A stretch of 64,000 bases of DNA from positions 586,196 to 650,195 of the forward strand of contig CAWHHF010000022.1 in assembly GCA_963829105.1 (NCBI GenBank), given 5' to 3'. The translations under genes and the position numbers were made by a program. The notes below the pieces were generated by a model. That model was not told the DNA's origin, did not search any database, and saw only the letters and a program-made list of their open reading frames with translations. The stretch is from an uncultured Chloroflexia bacterium. GTDB lineage: Bacteria > Chloroflexota > Limnocylindria > Limnocylindrales > CSP1-4. Below, one piece after another: positions 43,060-51,736 of the stretch (the stretch's first letter is position 1; every line of letters begins with the position of its first letter).

Positions 43060-43343
43060 CCACGCAGCGCGGGCCAACGGTCCGCGCCCGACTCCTGCGG
43101 TCCCGGGCGAGGGAGCGATCCCTCACCCGGGACTCGCCATGTCATGGCCCTGGGACCTGTGCCAGTCGGCCTCGCCGGCCATGGCCGCGGCCGCCGTGCG
43201 AAGCGTGCCAGCCGGCGTGGGCAGCCGCCCGGCGTCGGAGCTCGGCCCCTTAATCTCCACCTCATGTGCGGTGGGGTCTCATGTGCGGTGCGGCATTCCT
43301 GCCGCGACTAGGGCTGCGTCCCACCGCATGGAGGTCCCGTGAC

Positions 43344-44591
43344 ATGAGGCTCATTCGACCCGCAGGTCGCCCCGCCACCGCCGCTCCGGCCGGTGGGCCA
43401 TCTCCGCAGCCTCCCACGCGGGGGCGCCGGAGGGGGTCCCGACCCCTGGCGAGCGGTCTCGCGGGCGCGCTCCTCGCATCCCTCGTGCTCGCGGGCGTCA
43501 CCGCCGCCGCCGGCAACACCACGTTGTACGTCTCCGCTACCGGCAGTGACTCGAACGCATGTACGTCCTCGGCTCCCTGCCGGACGATCGGCCACGCCGT
43601 CAGCGTCGCCACCGCCGGTTCGACGGTTCGCGTCAGGCGCGGCACGTACCACGAGCAGGTGTTCCTGCAGAAGCGCCTCGTCCTCGCAGGCGACGGCGCC
43701 GTCATCGACGCGACCGGCCTGATGGCCGGCGTCCAGCCGCTGTCCGGACAGGGCATCGTGGGCTACGCGATCCTCGTCGCCGGTCCCGCCGCGAGCGGGT
43801 CCGAGATCCGCGGTTTCACCGTCGAGAACGCCACGGGCGAGGGGATCCTGGCCGCGATGGCCTCGCACCTGATCATCGCCGACAACCGTGTCCAGTCCAA
43901 CGACAAGGGCTATGGAACCAAGCTGACGTTCGAGTGCCAGGCCCAGGGCCAGGTCCCCGGCGACTGCGGCGAGGGGATTCACCTGCTGAGCGTCACCCAT
44001 TCCCGGGTGACCGGCAACATGGTCACGGACAACGTCGGCGGCATCCTGATCACCGACGAGATGGGACCCGCGTCGAACAACCTGATCGAGGACAACGTGG
44101 CGCGCAACAACAAGCTCGACTGCGGGATCACGCTGCCGTCGCACAACGCCAGCGCCATGGCCGATCCGACCAAGGGCGGCGTGTACGACAACCTCGTCAT
44201 CGACAACGTCTCCCAGGGCAACGGCGGGGCCGGCGTCGGCATGTTCGCCCCGTTCCCCGGGACCGCCTCCTACGACAACCGGGTCGTCGACAACGTGCTG
44301 CTGAACAACGGTGAAGCCGGAGTGGGGATCCATGCCCATGCGCCGGGCCAGAACGTCTCGGGCAACGTGATCACCGGCAACTGGATCTCCGGGAACGGGA
44401 TCGACCCCGATGCCGGCACCGGGCACCCGGTCGGGATCGCGCTGTTCAGCGCCGCCGTCCCGGTCGCCGTCACGGTGTCGAACAACCGGATCGCCCACGA
44501 GTACTACGGCATCTTCCGGGCGGGGACGATCCACGCGACCGGTCTCGCGAGCAACGTGTTCGCGTCGTCGGTGACGGTGCACATCCACTGA
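43344..44591 (+). CDS. secreted right-handed parallel beta-helix repeat protein (pectin lyase fold, NosD-like)
   Basis: Signal peptide-like LAGALLASLVLAGVTAAAG. Repeated GN/DN-x-I/V turns (VTGNMVTDNVGGILITD..IEDNVARNN..VIDNVSQGNGGAGVG..VVDNVLLNNGEAGVGIH..VITGNWISGNGI). Confidence 0.7.
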   Translation: MRLIRPAGRPATAAPAGGPSPQPPTRGRRRGSRPLASGLAGALLASLVLAGVTAAAGNTTLYVSATGSDSNACTSSAPCRTIGHAVSVATAGSTVRVRRGTYHEQVFLQKRLVLAGDGAVIDATGLMAGVQPLSGQGIVGYAILVAGPAASGSEIRGFTVENATGEGILAAMASHLIIADNRVQSNDKGYGTKLTFECQAQGQVPGDCGEGIHLLSVTHSRVTGNMVTDNVGGILITDEMGPASNNLIEDNVARNNKLDCGITLPSHNASAMADPTKGGVYDNLVIDNVSQGNGGAGVGMFAPFPGTASYDNRVVDNVLLNNGEAGVGIHAHAPGQNVSGNVITGNWISGNGIDPDAGTGHPVGIALFSAAVPVAVTVSNNRIAHEYYGIFRAGTIHATGLASNVFASSVTVHIH

Positions 44592-44782
44592 CCGCCCGCA
44601 GGCGGTCTCGAACCGGGCAGAGGCCGGCGGCCCACAGAAGGGACGCCGGCCTCTGCGTGCCTGGCAGGTGCGGTCGGCCCTAACGGCCCTGTCTCCCGTG
44701 CGGAGACGAAGATTGAATTGTCCGAGGTGGTTCCCGGCTCATCAATGGTGAGCATCCGAGGCGCACGCACGGGGCGCGAGCG

Positions 44783-45330
44783 ATGCAGCGGGACCTGGTC
44801 GAGCGGGCACGCAACGGGGACGCGGACGCGTTCGCCGAGCTGGCGGGACTCGCCGGCGACCGCCTGTACGCGATCGCTTCAAGGATCCTTCGTGACGGCG
44901 ACCGCGCCGCCGATGCCACGCAGCAGGCGCTCATCGCCATCTGGGAGGGACTGCCAGGCCTCCGCGACCCGGACCGCTTCGACGGCTGGGCTTGTCGGAT
45001 CGTCGTGAACGCGAGCTACCACGAGGCTCGTCGCGCGGGACGGTTCGCGGCGCGCGTCCACGAGATCCGCGCCGCGGCAACCGTCGAGGACGAGGTCGTT
45101 GCCGTGGACGATCGCGACGAGGTGGACCGCGCGTTCCGGCGGCTACCCCCGAGCACCGCGCCGTGCTGGTGCTCCACTACTACGCTGGCCTGCCCGTGAC
45201 GCGGATCGCCGACGTCCTCGGGATCGCCGACGGCACGGCGGCGTCCCGACTCCACCACGCGACCCGGCGACTACGCGCCGCCGTCGTTGCTGATGCGCGG
45301 ACAGAGGCCGCCTGGAGGACCACGGCGTGA
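44783..45330 (+). CDS. ECF sigma factor, one frameshift near 45150
   Basis: MQRDLVERARNGDADAFAELAGLAGDRLYAIASRILRDGDRAADATQQALIAIWEGLPGLRDPDRFDGWACRIVVNASYHEARR (region 2). Region 4 is in the ORF 44992 frame (EHRAVLVLHYYAGLPVTRIADVLGIADGTAASRLHHATRRLR). Confidence 0.75.
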
Positions 45331-46202
45331 CGCGGGAACCCAGCCTCGACGACCGAACGGTCGACTGGCTCCGCGAGGGCCCGGAGCGGGCTCCGGACTG
45401 GGTGCTGGCGTCCGCGGATGCGCACGCCAGAGCCCATCCCCGTCGAGGCTTCCGCGCGCGGCTGCGCGGGAGGTTCCTCCCGGGCCCGATGCGACTCGTC
45501 CGCGCCGAAGAGAAGACCGGCGAGCGCCACGTGTCGCGGTCGTGGGCCGGAAGGGTCTCCATCGCCGCAATCCTCCTCGTCGTCGTCGGGTTCGCCATGG
45601 GAACGCAGTGGGATCGTGGCTTCCCGCCTGCTGCAGGGCCCTCGGGTCTTCCATCCCTCGAGGCCCTCTCGGCCGTGCCGGTCACCCTGTCCGCCACTTG
45701 CCCAGTGGCCACGAACGCCGTTGACACCCAGTCGGGCGGGATCACCCGGACGCGCGGAGGCCGGCTCCGCTGCGATACCGCGAGCGCCGACCCTCGCCCC
45801 GCCGGTACGGCGGACATCTTCCTGAGCATCGACCGGCGGCCGGACGGCACGACCGCATCGCCGGCGGCCAACGCCGATGAGGCTCTCATGGCCGACCTCG
45901 ATGCCATCTGGGGTGGGACCGCCGACGCGGCCAAGGTCGCGGCGGTCTATGCGCCCGACGCGGTGTTCCACGACACGCTCGAGGGCAAGACGTATATCGG
46001 TCTCGAGGCGATCCAGGCGAAGGTCGCAGCGAACGCGTCTGCAGGCTTCAGGTGCGCGCAGACCTCGGCATCGATCCGGCAGGACAGCTTCGTCGCCGTC
46101 TTCCATCGGTTCAGCGCCGGAGGAGTCACCTACCCGGTCCTCGCAGTCTTCGAGCTCAAGGACGGCGAGGTCATCAACCAGTGGGCATACCCCGCACCCT
46201 AG
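45327..46202 (+). CDS. putative anti-sigma factor: TM-anchored, C-terminal SnoaL-like/NTF2 domain
   Basis: GTG start overlaps the sigma stop. The TM helix is VSIAAILLVVVGFAMG. The C-terminus ...AVYAPDAVFHDTLEGKTYIGLEAIQAKVAAN...YPVLAVFELKDGEVINQWAYP is NTF2-like. Confidence 0.6.
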   Translation: MTREPSLDDRTVDWLREGPERAPDWVLASADAHARAHPRRGFRARLRGRFLPGPMRLVRAEEKTGERHVSRSWAGRVSIAAILLVVVGFAMGTQWDRGFPPAAGPSGLPSLEALSAVPVTLSATCPVATNAVDTQSGGITRTRGGRLRCDTASADPRPAGTADIFLSIDRRPDGTTASPAANADEALMADLDAIWGGTADAAKVAAVYAPDAVFHDTLEGKTYIGLEAIQAKVAANASAGFRCAQTSASIRQDSFVAVFHRFSAGGVTYPVLAVFELKDGEVINQWAYPAP

Positions 46203-47161
46203 CTGGACCGCTCTGCCGCGACTGGCTGCGCCGCCGGATATCGGGCGCACTGCACGTGGGTCGGCGACAGGCACCTCGACTTCTGGTGAGCCGCGTCGAT
46301 CGGTTTTGACTGCGCGGAGCGGGCCATGCCGATGGCGAACCGTCGGCGGGACGCGAACGACGTGGCGCCCCGGTTCGAGGTCGCGTGGCAGAGGTTCCTG
46401 GGATCCGGGAAGTCGCAACGGGTCGAGGGATCGTCCCGGAACCCGAGAAACGGGCAGACGGGAACGCCGGAAAGGGCGAGGCGGGCACCCGAGGATCCGG
46501 GCCCGGGATCGCGACCGAGGACGATGGCGGCCGGATCGGCGCTCTCGGCGGCCGGACGGGACTCACTGGCGGCCGGACGGGACTCACTGGCCGCGGCAAC
46601 GGCGCTCCCGGCGGCCGGCCCGGACTGGCCGGCGGCAACGGCGCTCCCGGCGACCGGCCCGCGGACTCGACCGGCGGCGGCAACGGCCACGGTCGCCGAA
46701 CGAGCCACGGTCGTGGCGCCGGGCACGGTCGTGCCAGCGAGCGTCGTCCCGCCGGCCATGGCTGTCCCGCCGGCCAGCGTCGTCCCGCCGGCCATGGCTG
46801 TCCCGCCGGCATCGCCGGGGTATCGAGGGCTGCGCCTGGCCGCCGCCGGGACCCTGCGGCCGGCCGGAGGGGCGTCCGGCTTTGGTGGACCCGGGGAACT
46901 CTTCGCCGCGTGGCAGGCGTAGCAGTGGTTGGCCTCGCGACGGTTCAGCGAATGGCAGGTGAGGCACGCCCAGAACCCATCCTGACCGACAAGAGCGGCG
47001 AGCTCCTCGGGCGAGGGCTGCGAGCCGCGCTTTGCCCCGGGCGCGACGTTGCCTGCCTCCGCGGTGCCCGGACGTGCGCGGAGCGCATGGTTGATCAACC
47101 AAGCCGCCGCGAGTCCGAGGAGGAGCGCGACGAACAGGACGATACCCAGCTCAGGACTCAT
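46199..47161 (-). CDS. membrane-anchored protein with two CxxCH motifs (putative di-heme c) and Ala/Gly/Pro-rich repetitive region
   Basis: An N-terminal TM helix (IVLFVALLLGLAAAWLI), then FWACLTCHSLNRREANHCYACHAAK. Both Cys pairs are followed by His. Internal DNA tandem repeats at about 46540-46810 encode AGGTxxAGGTTLAG and ESRPAAS units. The C-terminus is Cys-rich. Confidence 0.5.
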   Translation of the reverse strand: MSPELGIVLFVALLLGLAAAWLINHALRARPGTAEAGNVAPGAKRGSQPSPEELAALVGQDGFWACLTCHSLNRREANHCYACHAAKSSPGPPKPDAPPAGRRVPAAARRSPRYPGDAGGTAMAGGTTLAGGTAMAGGTTLAGTTVPGATTVARSATVAVAAAGRVRGPVAGSAVAAGQSGPAAGSAVAAASESRPAASESRPAAESADPAAIVLGRDPGPGSSGARLALSGVPVCPFLGFRDDPSTRCDFPDPRNLCHATSNRGATSFASRRRFAIGMARSAQSKPIDAAHQKSRCLSPTHVQCARYPAAQPVAAERSS

Positions 47162-47511
47162 CGCTGAGGCCCACGGTCACGATGCTCCCCGGTCGTTGGA
47201 CAAACGTCGGCTTCGCTCAGGAGGTGGCGTCACCCACCCGTGAGGAACGTCACCGTCCAACGAGAATGGTACTTCCCCCTCCAAGGGTTCCAGCGCTCCG
47301 CTTTCCGCAACCGCGCCATGGAGGGCGCGCACCGGAGGCACACGACCGACGGCGAGGTCACAGTCCACGCCCAATGCTTGTCGCGGCGCTCCTCACGGTG
47401 ATGTCGAGCGGCACCTCGACCGACGCCGCGTCGTTCGCCACCAGCGCGCCGACCATTTCGCGGATCATATTCGCGTCTCGACCGACTCGGCCCGGCGCCG
47501 GGCCCGACCAG

Positions 47512-49506
47512 CTAGTCGTCCCCTCCGTTACCGCGCGGGTGGCACTTCGCGCACGTCGTCATCACCCCGCCGTGATGCGAGCGCATGTTCGAGTGACATC
47601 TGGCGCAGGAGTAGCTGGTGTACCCGGACGGGTGGCATCTCGAGCAGACCCCGCCGGCGCCGCCATGGCTCTGGGGGAAGGTGTGCGGCCCGCCGTACTT
47701 CGCGGGCAGCCAGGCCCTGGTCGTGTGGCAGGACGCGCAGCTGTTGCTGAAGCCGCTGCCGTGCGAGGAAGGCTTGGTGTGGCAGGCCGAGCACGTGGTC
47801 GGCGTTCCCTTGTACCGGCCGCCCTTGTGACAGCGCAGGCACGCGACGCTCTTGTGGGCCCCGGTCAGCGCGAACTTCGCCTTGGCGTGGTTGAACGACG
47901 CGGGCAGCCAGGCGCGGGTCGTGTGACAGGATCCACAGCTGCTGCCGTAGGCGCTGCCGTGCGAGGCGGGCTTGTTGTGACAGGCGGAGCACGCGGTGGG
48001 CGTTCCCGTGGTCTGTCCCCCTCCGTGGCACTTCTGGCAGGTCACGCTGCGGTGGGCCCCGGTCAGGGGGAACCTGGCCTTGTTGTGGTTGAACGACGCG
48101 GGAAGCCAGGCGCGGGTCGTGTGACAGGACGCACAGCTGCCGGCGAAGGCACTGCCGTGCGAGGCGGGCTTGTTGTGACAGGCCGAGCACGCGGTCGGTG
48201 TTCCCGAATACTGGTTCCCGGTGTGGCAGCGCTGGCAGGTCACGCTGCCGTGGGCCCCGGTCAGCTGGAACTTCGCCTTGTCATGGTTGAACGACGCAGG
48301 CAGCCAGGCCGTCGTCTTGTGGCACGACGCACAGTCCTTGCCCAGGGATCCGTTGTGCTGGTCATCACCGGCGTGACATCCGATGCACGTCGTGGGCGTG
48401 CCGACATACCGGCCGTTGGCATGGCAGGCGACGCAGGCGGGCTTGGCGTGCGCGTCGGTCAGGGCGAACCGCGTCTTCGTGTGGTCGAAGGTGACGTCCT
48501 TCCAGCCGGTCGCCGCGTGGCAGTCGGCACAGTCGCCCGGGAACTGGTCGGCGTGCGGGTTGACGGCCGCGTGGCAGCTGCGGCAGGTCACGCCGATCCC
48601 CGTCCAGTGACGGTCGACGTGGCAGGACTCGCACGCCGTCCCCACGTGCTGCCCGACGAGGGCGAAGCGCGTCCGACCGTGGTCGATGGTGGCGTCTGCC
48701 CAGGTCTTGGTGCTGTGGCACTCCGCGCAGTTGGTCCCCAGACGCCCCTCGTGGATGTCCTTTGCCGCATGGCAGGAGATGCAATCGGTCGACGTGGCCT
48801 GCAGCGCCGCCACCGTGGTCGCCCCGAGATGACAGCCTGCGCACGGCGTCCCCTCGTGGCCCCCGGTCAGGGGGTAGGTCGCGTGATCGAATGACTTCCC
48901 GTACCTGTCCACGCCGTCATGGCAGTTCAGGCAGGCCGTGCCGAAGGTCTCCTGGTGGGTCGCCATGAACGGCTGGTCGAGCGCCTGGTGGCAGGCGACG
49001 CAGGTGGGCGCTGAGAACGTCTGTGGCGAGCCGGGGTGGCAGTCGCGGCAGCCGACGCCGCCGGGCTGGCCGTTGAGCGGGTGCGCGGCGAGGGAGAACC
49101 CGGTCTGCTCGTGGGGGAAGATGCGCGGATCGGCCAGCGTCAGCGACGCGGTCGCTCCCCGGTGGTCGGTGTGGCAGTCGCGGCAGTTGGCCGCCGACGA
49201 CTTGAGCAGGCGCCCGTGCAGGCCACCCGCCGTGGAGATCTCCTGCTGGACCTGGGTGTGACAGGCGAGGCACCGGTCGGCCATGCGGGCATCCGACCAG
49301 GCGGCCACGTGACAGGCGTCGCACTTGCCCGCGAGGTCGGCATGGGAGTTCACGCCACCGACCGGCCCGCCCTGGGCCACGCCGCTCAGCTGGCCCGGGC
49401 TGAAGATCCCGTTCCCGGTGACGGCCGTGGCGCCCAGGATGGCGAGGCCCAGCAGGACGGCGGCAGCCAGCGCCGAGAAGGTGAGACAGCCAAGGGGACG
49501 GCGCAT
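47512..49506 (-). CDS. multiheme c-type cytochrome, 27 CxxCH motifs, secreted
   Basis: 665 aa from MRRPLGCLTFSALAAAVLLGLAILGATAVTG (signal peptide). There are 27 CxxCH motifs (CDACH, CLACH, CRDCH ... CARCH, CAKCH). Three near-identical about 57-aa modules TCQ(R/K)CH...GTPTACSACHNKPASHGSA...SC(A/G)SCHTTRAWLPASFNH.KA.F.LTGAH. Confidence 0.85.
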   Translation of the reverse strand: MRRPLGCLTFSALAAAVLLGLAILGATAVTGNGIFSPGQLSGVAQGGPVGGVNSHADLAGKCDACHVAAWSDARMADRCLACHTQVQQEISTAGGLHGRLLKSSAANCRDCHTDHRGATASLTLADPRIFPHEQTGFSLAAHPLNGQPGGVGCRDCHPGSPQTFSAPTCVACHQALDQPFMATHQETFGTACLNCHDGVDRYGKSFDHATYPLTGGHEGTPCAGCHLGATTVAALQATSTDCISCHAAKDIHEGRLGTNCAECHSTKTWADATIDHGRTRFALVGQHVGTACESCHVDRHWTGIGVTCRSCHAAVNPHADQFPGDCADCHAATGWKDVTFDHTKTRFALTDAHAKPACVACHANGRYVGTPTTCIGCHAGDDQHNGSLGKDCASCHKTTAWLPASFNHDKAKFQLTGAHGSVTCQRCHTGNQYSGTPTACSACHNKPASHGSAFAGSCASCHTTRAWLPASFNHNKARFPLTGAHRSVTCQKCHGGGQTTGTPTACSACHNKPASHGSAYGSSCGSCHTTRAWLPASFNHAKAKFALTGAHKSVACLRCHKGGRYKGTPTTCSACHTKPSSHGSGFSNSCASCHTTRAWLPAKYGGPHTFPQSHGGAGGVCSRCHPSGYTSYSCARCHSNMRSHHGGVMTTCAKCHPRGNGGDD

Positions 49507-49520
49507 CGGCTTCGCTCGCC

Positions 49521-50198
49521 TCAGCGGAGCAGCGTCGCGTAGTAGATGGCACCCGCGATGTGCGCGATCGCCAACACGAACAGCGCCATGCCCAGCGGGA
49601 TGTGGATGGCGTGCCAGGTCGCCAGCGCCCGCCGCGCCCAGCGCAGCGCCGCCATCTGCCGTTCGAGCTCGCGCAACCGGCGCGCAGGCGCCGGATCCGG
49701 GCGCCCGGCCACGGCAAGAGCGATCGCCGTGCCCGCCAGCGCGGGATGCGCCACCTCCTGCCTGGCGGCTTCCAGCTGCAGCTGCAGGACCTGCGCCTCG
49801 ATCACGATCCCGTCCGCCGTCCGGGGCGTGGCGGTGTAGATATACCGCCCGATGAACCCGCTGATGACGACCACCACCACCATGACGGTCAGCGCCCCCG
49901 CCAGTCCGTTGAAGCTCCAGGCCGAATGGAGGACGACGAGGTAGGAGCCGACGATCCCGGTGAAGATGTGGAACTGCAGCCACGCCCGCATGCTGCCCCT
50001 GGGCCGGTGCATGGCCCGCTTGCGCAGCGAGTAGAGCGTCTCGGTCATCAGCATCAGGACGAACCCGACGATCCCGAGGGAGTGGCCCAGGAGGCCGCTC
50101 GCCGCGGGGACGCCGACGGACTTCACGAAGCCTGCATAGAGGCCCGTGATGACGACCACCACCACCAGGGCCAGCACCAGCTCGCTATACCGTGCCAA
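49521..50198 (-). CDS. integral membrane protein, 5 TM with conserved His (putative b-type heme membrane subunit)
   Basis: 225 aa. TM helices contain H (LLGHSLGIVGF, WLQFHIFTGIVGSYLVVLHSAW, WHAIHIPLGMALFVLAIAHIAG). The ORF sits between the oxidoreductase and the cytochrome and overlaps the oxidoreductase by 14 nt. Confidence 0.6.
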   Translation of the reverse strand: MARYSELVLALVVVVVITGLYAGFVKSVGVPAASGLLGHSLGIVGFVLMLMTETLYSLRKRAMHRPRGSMRAWLQFHIFTGIVGSYLVVLHSAWSFNGLAGALTVMVVVVVISGFIGRYIYTATPRTADGIVIEAQVLQLQLEAARQEVAHPALAGTAIALAVAGRPDPAPARRLRELERQMAALRWARRALATWHAIHIPLGMALFVLAIAHIAGAIYYATLLR

Positions 50199-51504
50199 GC
50201 GAGGCCGTCCTCTCCACCAGGGCCCGGAGGGCCCCGTGGACCTCTGCCGGGCCCCGGAACAACCGGTCCCGGACCCAGCGGATGTCGACCCGCTCCCGGA
50301 TCAGGTGCTGCAGCGGACGGGAGAGAGCCTGGTCGCCCATGACCACCGCGCCCATGATCCGCTCGTCGCCCAGCACGAGTCGGAGGTGGTTGGCGTCCCT
50401 GTCCGACACCACCGCGAAGGCGTCCAGCTGCTCCCGCCACGCGTGGCTGTCGCCCCGGGCGAGGGTCACCAGGTCGCCCTCCCGGTTGCCGGTACCAACC
50501 GCACCGATGAGTGTCGTGGTCACCCCACCGATCTTGGTCACGTTGAACGGCGCCGGTCGGCGGTACGGCTGGCCGACGCCGCTCAGGTACTCTCCGGCGA
50601 CCCGTCCCTGTTCCATGGAGACCGACCAGAGGCTGTCGACCGCCCGCTTCCCGGTGGCCGGGTCGAGCACCTCGGCCGCGTCGCCGGCCGCGAAGATGTC
50701 GGGGTCGCTGGTCTGGAACGTGGCGTCGGTCCAGATGCCGCGGCCTGTCTCGAGGCCCGCGCCCTGCGCGAGCTCGAGGCGCGGCTGGGTGCCGATCGCT
50801 ACGGCGAGGATGTCACACGGCAGCACGACGCCGTCGCGGGTCCTGACCGCCGAGACCCGGCCGTCACGCCCGATGACGCTGGCGAGCTCCACGTTGCGGT
50901 GAAGCCGGATCCGGTCTTCCGCCAGGCGCGCTTCCACCAGCGACGACTCGTGCGGATCGAGCACGCTGCCCCAGTAACGGTCACCGCGCATCAGGTAGTG
51001 GACGTCGACGCCGTGCGCCGCGAGACCCTCCGCCAGCTCGACCGCCGTGATCCCGCCGCCGACGACACATGCCCGCTTGGCCCGGCGCGCGAGGCGGAGG
51101 ATGCGCCGGACGTCCTCCAGGTTGTCCAACGTCACGACGCCCTGCAGCTCGATCCCGGGGATCTCCGGCCTCACGGCACGAGCCCCGACCGCCAGCAGCA
51201 GGCGGTCATACCGGAGCGCCTCGCCGTCGGCCAGCTCGAGCCGGTGACCCCGGGGCTCGATCGTCCGCACCGTCCCCACCGTCCGCTGGACGTGCGCGCG
51301 CTCGTAGGCCGAGTCCGGGCGCGAGAAGAGCCGCTCCTCCGGGATCGCGCCGGTCAGCACGTAGGCCAGGCCGGGTCGGGAGTAGAACCCGGCGTTCTCG
51401 CCCCCCACGATGCGGATGTCGCCAGACTCGTCGTGGCGCCGGATCGTCTCCGCGGCCGTCACGCCCGCCGGTCCGTTGCCGACGATCACGTAGCGTCGAG
51501 CCAT
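50185..51504 (-). CDS. FAD-dependent pyridine nucleotide-disulfide oxidoreductase family protein
   Basis: MARRYVIVGNGPAGVTAAE (FAD GxGxxG) and ACVVGGGITAVELAEGLAAHG (NAD(P) GxGxxA/G). About 440 aa, NirB/rubredoxin-reductase-like. Confidence 0.8.
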   Translation of the reverse strand: MARRYVIVGNGPAGVTAAETIRRHDESGDIRIVGGENAGFYSRPGLAYVLTGAIPEERLFSRPDSAYERAHVQRTVGTVRTIEPRGHRLELADGEALRYDRLLLAVGARAVRPEIPGIELQGVVTLDNLEDVRRILRLARRAKRACVVGGGITAVELAEGLAAHGVDVHYLMRGDRYWGSVLDPHESSLVEARLAEDRIRLHRNVELASVIGRDGRVSAVRTRDGVVLPCDILAVAIGTQPRLELAQGAGLETGRGIWTDATFQTSDPDIFAAGDAAEVLDPATGKRAVDSLWSVSMEQGRVAGEYLSGVGQPYRRPAPFNVTKIGGVTTTLIGAVGTGNREGDLVTLARGDSHAWREQLDAFAVVSDRDANHLRLVLGDERIMGAVVMGDQALSRPLQHLIRERVDIRWVRDRLFRGPAEVHGALRALVERTASLGTV

Positions 51505-51505
51505 C

Positions 51506-51736
51506 TCAACCGCCACCGAGAAGCGACGAGTCGCCGAACACGGGGGACACCTCGAACCGGAGCGTGCCACGCGGACAGCGGGCCACGCATTCGCCGCAGG
51601 TCAGGCAGTAGCGATCGGCGACCGGCTGGCGCAGGCGCACCTTGGCCCGGATGTCGATGCCCAGCGGGCAGTTGTAGGTGCAGATGCCGCACTCGACGCA
51701 GCGGTTCGGTTCTGCGACGAGCACCCCCGAGACCAT
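51506..51736 (-). CDS. 2x[4Fe-4S] ferredoxin
   Basis: 76 aa. CVECGICTYNCP and CLTCGECVARCP. The stop abuts the oxidoreductase start. Confidence 0.8.
   Translation of the reverse strand: MVSGVLVAEPNRCVECGICTYNCPLGIDIRAKVRLRQPVADRYCLTCGECVARCPRGTLRFEVSPVFGDSSLLGGG

Noticed and set aside
46540-46840. Short perfect tandem DNA repeats (21-27 bp units) as a possible regulatory array or minisatellite
   Set aside because: They lie inside a continuous ORF and translate to low-complexity Ala/Gly/Pro repeats. Treated as coding repeats of the 46199-47161 protein.
47221-47260. GGAAC...CGTC ECF-promoter-like motif in the 350-bp gap between cytochrome and di-heme gene
   Set aside because: It lies on the plus strand with no plus-strand gene downstream. 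The spacing and -10 element are not convincing.
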